Assembly (NCBI RefSeq): GCF_001194135.2
Contig: NC_069000.1
Coordinates: 35,973,659 to 36,013,881 of the forward strand
Reading direction: 5' to 3'
DNA length: 40,223 nucleotides
From: Octopus bimaculoides
Lineage: Eukaryota
The translations under genes and the position numbers were made by a program. This document shows, piece after piece, positions 34,641 through 40,223 of the stretch. A model generated the notes under the pieces. The model saw only the letters and a list, made by a program, of their open reading frames with translations, was not told the DNA's origin and did no database searches. Within the stretch, counting starts at the first letter, position 1, and each line of letters opens with the position of its first letter.

Positions 34641-36777
34641 TCAACATCCAGTTTTCCAAGCTTGCATAGGTCAGATGGAATTTGTTAAGGCTGATTTTCA
34701 ATGGCCAAATACTCATACTGTTGCCAGCCCTCACCTGTTTCCAAGCTAGGTGATATTTTCCTATAGCTAGGCTTGTTTCCCATAGAAGACTGTAAACAAA
34801 CAACCTCGCTTGTATGACAGTGATGCTTATTTACAACCATCATGTAATGAATAGACAAAGCTATACACAAACACACATGATGGGCTTCTTTCAGTTTCTG
34901 TCAATCAAATCTATTCACAAGGTTTTATTTAGTCAGTCCAGGGCTGTAGAAGACACCTGCCCAAGATATGTGCAGTAAGATTGAACCAAAAACCACATGA
35001 CTACAAAAGCAAGCTTCTTGACCCAAGCTTCTTGACCCTTCAGCTGCACTTATAGGCTTCAGTTGGCCTGGGGTTATAGTGGAAGACATTTGCTCAAGGT
35101 ACTGTGCAATGAGACTAAACAGAAGACCACATGGTCGTGAAGCAAGCTTCTTGGCTACACAGCCACGACTGCATCATTTAGATAAAAAGAAACAACTATT
35201 TCTAGTAAATCTTCTAGGCTGTTGAAATATTGCATTTCATTGACGCTTTTACTGCTAACTACTCTTATGGATCTCTTACATATGTTGCCCTCCTTTTCTG
35301 TCAACCTGCTTGAGATTTCTGTTTATGCCCCCATAGTTCACATTGAAAACATTGTATATAATTTGTAGGTAGTCTTTTTAGCAAATCCACTTCCTTGGTG
35401 GCAGTAGAGTTCTGTATTTGTTGCTACTTACTAAACCATTTGGCCTTGAAGTCATCTATAAATAACATGGAGAATCTAATAAACAGAAGGAGTTGAGAAT
35501 TGAGCCTTGATAAGCATCTATGTCAAATATAAAATACTTGAGTATTCATCATCATCTTCACCATTTAACTTTCATTTTCCATGCTGGATTGGGTTAGATG
35601 GTTCGATGGGCTGTCAATTTCTGAGAATTGCATCAAGCTCCTGTGTTTGCTTTGATGGTTTTGTATGAAGAAAACTACTGGAGTCTGTTGGGATTTTTGA
35701 TAAACAAAATTTTATTCTTTACATACACAAAAAAAAAGTGATAGTTGTCATTACTATGAACAACAAAATGTTGAGAGTGTTTTTGTTCTTGGTGTAGTTG
35801 TAGCAGCTGATAAAGTGTTAGTAGTTTCTGCCGGCTACTGACTTCTAATGTTGTTCGTCCTCCAACTGTTCATTACCTTTGTGTTGTCAGCTGCTGTCTG
35901 CTGTTGGTCAACTCCTACAGAGTTTATCAATACTCTCTTTGCTGCATCCCAAAGCTCTCTGTCTAGTAGTCATGATGTAATGAATTTATACTGGTCGATA
36001 GGCTCAGAAGGAAGCACACCAAAAGGAAAGATGTCACTGGAGCCTATTCCACATTAAGCTGTGATTGGTCAGATTTTGTTGATTATGTAGGCAATATTCT
36101 AGCAAATTATGGCATCTGATAATTGCTGAATATTCCTGCTACAGTTTCTATGGTTGGATACCCTTCTTAATTTCCCAACCACTTTACAGAGTGTAGTGGG
36201 TGCTTTTTACATGGTACTAGCTCTCGTGTAATTGCCATGTAACTCACAAGTGAAGACTCCTCAACTTAGCAGGAGAGTAATACGATAGGGGAGGTACAAT
36301 GTTTACTCCAGTTGGAAGAGAAGCAGAATAGTGGTGGAGATGTGTTAGGGCATGCCCTGTAGTTACAGGAACGTGAATAAAGAGAAATGGTATGGGTAGT
36401 ATTCATAATCAATAATATCTAAGAGTGAGTGACATGCTCTTTTGTCTTCCAAAAGTATGAAATAATGATTTAGTGTTATGTCTCCCCAAACCAGTAATGC
36501 TAACAATCTTATTAACTGTAGTGGAATAGCTATAACTGGACACCAAATCTAGGTTACAGGTTTTGCTAAACAATAGGTTACTTGGATATATAAAAAGTAA
36601 AGAAGATCCGTTCGGGTTTACTGCTTGTGAATGCTACAAGCAAATGAGGAGAACCTCTACATAATAGCTTGACCTGCTAGAAATAGCAGTCAAGTCAGTT
36701 TGAAAATCACACCAAACCATTTTGAAAAGAAAAAAAAAAAATACATTGAACAATGTCATCCTTCGATATGGTAGATG

Positions 36778-37140
36778 TAGGTATGGCTGTGTGGTTAAAA
36801 AACTCACTTTGCAGCTATGTGATTTTGGGTTCAATCACACTGTGCAGTACTTTGGGCAAGTGTCTTCTACTATATCCTCAGGCTGACCAATGCCTTGTGA
36901 ATGAATTTGGCTGATGAAAACTCTGTGTGGAAGCCTGCTGTATATGTGTGTGTGTGTGGTGTGTTTGTGTTTATCCTCTATCACTGCTTGACAACTGGTG
37001 TTGGTTTGTTTATGTTCATCAAAAAAGTCTTTAAAAAAAAACTAAGCACTGAATTTTGATTGTTCAACTGAACCCTTCAAGGTGGTAATCCCCACCCCAC
37101 CCGTTTGGCTGCAGTCCAATGACTGAAACAAGTAAAATGA
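36778..37140 (+). mobile_element. Family A SINE, degenerate
   Basis: ggtatggctgtgtggttaa..gggttcaatc..tttgggcaagtgtcttctactata..gactgaaacaagtaaaa. Confidence 0.78.
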
Positions 37141-37149
37141 TACGAAAAA

Positions 37150-37335
37150 TATAATAATGATTTCTAATTTTGGCACCAGGCCAGCAAGTTTGAAGGGGCA
37201 AAGCTAAGTTGATTTAATTGACCCCAAAGTCAACCCAGGCAGCATTTGAACTCAGAATGTAACGTCAGAAGAAATACCGCTAAGCATCCCACCCCACACT
37301 CCGCATGGTAACATTTCTGCCAGCTCGCCACCTTA
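37150..37335 (-). mobile_element. Family B SINE (alternative tail) with an internal deletion
   Basis: tttggcaccaggccagcaag..ttgaactcagaatgtaac..ctgccagctcgccacctt. Confidence 0.7.
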
Positions 37336-38404
37336 AATAAAAATAAATGAAGTTGGTGCTGCTTGAACGCCTTTGACCGTATGACCAGTCAACCAAGGCT
37401 GACATTGGGCTAAACAGTAACACAAAATATATGGTGTCTTGACCTGTAAAGATAGAGAGCATTAAAAGTGTTTCCGATGTTTGTTAGATGTTTGTTAACA
37501 GTCGTAAAAAAGCCTGTTCCACTTAACTGTGGAATGTTATGTTGTTACATAAACAAGCCATGAGGGAGGGGGGTGTTTTCTGTTCAGGAGGCAGCAGCTG
37601 GGCACAACCTGCATTCTGTCAGATACAAATGAAGAGTAATTTAACATGAGTGAAAGGGTTAAAAGCAAGCTATTAGAGTAATATTATTTTATTAAAGTAA
37701 TATATTTGTCTTTTTGCTAATTTTAAAAAGAAAACAACATGTGCGTGTTTTAGTATTTGTAAAAGTATGATGTGTTGGTTTCAGTAAGTTTGAGAATAAA
37801 AGAATAAAGAAACTAATTACGTAGGATTAGTTTTCAACTTTTATCTTGATAAAACCAAGTACAAACGAATGAAGAAGCATGGCCTGCTAGAACTAACAGC
37901 TAAATCATTTCCTACGATCTTAAAATGGAGAAAGAATATGTTGAACAGTGTAGTCTTAGAGACACACTATGCCTGAAAAAAACGATGTGATGATCATGGC
38001 TGTAAAATCTTTGATCCTAAACTTGATCAGTGAGGACTGACTCAAAGGATAAGCAACAACCAAGTAGATTATCTCTAAAATTATTTGAATTTAAATCTGT
38101 TTCCATTGGTTGAGCACCGAGCTAAAATTTGTTACTGTGGTCCTTGACTGACTGAAATAAGATCTATATGTTATGTTGTGTTATTGTTTGATAATCGTTC
38201 AGGTCGGTCAACCAATCAATTAGTTTTGTCAAAGTCCTTTGATTGCCTTTCGCGACCACATTGATAACACACTCAAAGTCTGCTTTTGATGTGTAAATAA
38301 AAATATGAAGTCTAAGATCATTTAAATATTTGATAATCACTCTTCAAACGTGCTCTCTGCAAACTCCTAAGGGGCCAGGATATATTTGTAACACTTCAGA
38401 ATGC

Positions 38405-38986
38405 TGTCTTTTATCTTTTTATCTTATCTGTTTCGGTCGTTCGACTGCGACCATGCTGGGACACTCCCTTGATAAACTTTATTTTTTTTTAAAGCCCAGT
38501 ACTTACACTATCAGTTTCTTTTTGTTGAACTACTAAGTTACAGGGATGTAAACAAACCAAGCAGGTGGGTGGGGCGCGACAAGCTGTTGTTGTTGGCACT
38601 CTGTCGCTTACGACATCGAGGGTTCCATTTGATCTGATCAATGGAACAGCCTGCTCGTGAAATTAATGTGCAAGTGGCTGAGCACTCCACAGACACGTGT
38701 ACCCTTAACGTAGTTCTTGGGGGATATTCAGCGTGACACAGAGTGACAAGGCTGACCCTTTGAATTACAGGCACAGCAGAAACAGGAAGTAAGAGTGAGA
38801 GGAAGTTGTGGAGGAAGAGTACAGCAGGGCTCGCCACAATCCCCTACCGGGGCCTCGTGGAGCTTTAGGTGTTTTCGCTCAATAAACACTCACAATGCCC
38901 AGTCTGGGAATCGAAACTGCGATCCTATGACCGCGAGTCTGCTGCCCTAACCACTGGGCCATTGCGACAAGCACAGACACAAAAAT

Positions 38987-39022
<36 letters not shown>

Positions 39023-39175
39023 CAGGCTTCTTTCAGTTTCCATCTACTAAATCCACTCACAAAGCTTTGGTCAGTCCAGGTCTATAGTAGAAGACATTCG
39101 CCCAAAGTTCCATGCAGTGGGACAGAATTTGGAACCTTGTGGTTGGGAAGCAAGCTTCTTCCCACACAGACATAC
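38405..39175 (-). mobile_element. Family A SINE split by a nested family D SINE
   Basis: 3' half at about 38405-38584; microsatellite, core and head at about 38967-39175. Confidence 0.78.
38585..38966 (-). mobile_element. Family D SINE with a TSD of up to 9 bp
   Basis: Homologous to 31261-31645; GCGACAAGC at 38576-38584 and 38964-38972, overlapping the element head by 3 nt. Confidence 0.9.
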
Positions 39176-39303
39176 CTGCATTCCTCTTTGTTTCCATCGC
39201 TTTTTATGTTCCATACTCCTTTCACACTCTTGTGAATTTACTTGCCTTCCCACTCGCCCTGTCCAATCTTCTGTTTCACTTCTCTTATAACGAAGAGAGC
39301 CAG

Positions 39304-39337
39304 TGCACATGATCTTTGCAGGGGTCCTACTAAACTG
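39304..39337 (+). CDS. Candidate coding exon 6 (xHMIFAGVLLN; alternative shorter start at 39322 giving WVLLN)
   Basis: Strong donor CTG|GTGAGA (39338-39343); two phase-compatible CAG acceptors (to 39303 and to 39321). Confidence 0.3.
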
Positions 39338-39499
39338 GTGAGATTGATATTCTTGTTGTTCAACTTGAACATTTGGGGAAAGTCATGATCTTCAGGGAAA
39401 TATGGCTAAGAAGGAAATTACAGGAGACTGAGATTCAGTATCCCATCTCCAGGACACTGAATGATTTATGATAGTTTACCAAATACATGAGTGCTATTG

Positions 39500-39928
39500 C
39501 TTTAGTTTTTCTTATACAGGTTTCACTTATAAGACTGCAACCATGCTGGAGCATTGCCTTGAAGGATTTAGTTGAACAAATCACATCCATTACTCGATTT
39601 TTAAATTTTGGTATGTATGCAGCTGGTCTCTTTTACAGAACTGCTAAGTTACAGGGACATAAACAGACCAACACCTGTTGTCAAGCAGTGAGGGAGATCA
39701 AGCACAAAGACACACAAACATACACACACGTACATATATACAGCAGGCTTACATATATATATGGCAGGCTTCCATACAGTTTCCGTCTATTAAATTCACT
39801 CACAAAACATCAAGACATTTGATGGCCCAAGGCTATAGTAGATAACACTTGCCTAAGTTGCCACACAGTGGGACTGAACCAGAGACCATATGACTTCAAA
39901 GTGAGCTTCTTAACCACACAGCCATGTC
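39500..39928 (-). mobile_element. Family A SINE, near full length, degenerate
   Basis: Tail, 3' half, CA/TA tract, core and head (cttcttaaccacacagccatg). Confidence 0.8.
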
Positions 39929-40223
39929 TTGTTAAACTGTTTGTTTTTACATTCAATTAAACTGTGTTAAGACATTTTAGGATGTGTGTTTTCCTTAGCT
40001 ACCTTGTATAATAAATCTAACAAAATATTGCCCCTGAGCATTTGCTACACACAAAAACTATCTTCCCAGTTAGCCTTCCCTTGATATTGCTGCACCTCTT
40101 ATGTGTCCAAAGCTTACACTGGGTACATCTTATGGAGTTTCTGCCTATGCCTTTTTGCAGATCAAACATGGCTATCTACCTGAAGGGATTTGTGATTTGT
40201 CTGCCTTCCTACTTATTAAGACT

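Noticed and set aside
35848-36057. 69-aa ORF with a hydrophobic N-terminus resembling a signal peptide
   Set aside because: Short, unrecognised, and without promoter or splice support; expected by chance in T-rich sequence.

Overview
AT-rich eukaryotic DNA, not prokaryotic: no operons, CRISPR arrays or true tRNA/rRNA genes were seen. The repeat content strongly resembles a cephalopod (octopus-type) draft genome; this assignment comes from my recall of these repeat families, not from a search. Much of the window is interspersed repeats: tRNA-headed SINEs of at least three families (called A, B and D here), 3' tails and ORF remnants of RTE-clade LINEs, two mariner transposons (one full length with both TIRs and TA duplications), TTAA-flanked piggyBac-type MITEs, microsatellites and five N gaps. 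Almost all supplied ORFs are artefacts of microsatellites or gaps, or fragments of transposons. Less obvious signals: (1) a type I hammerhead ribozyme motif at 31755-31822 with all conserved core nucleotides, inside an inverted-repeat cassette; (2) an inverted pair of decayed hammerheads of a second family at 9460-9765 in a Penelope-like arrangement; (3) six short candidate plus-strand exons (25-81 nt) that splice into one open, partly hydrophobic frame invisible to the ORF track; (4) a SINE dimer apparently mobilised as one unit. Repeat boundaries were read by eye and are approximate (about +/-10-20 nt) unless a TSD or TIR is quoted.
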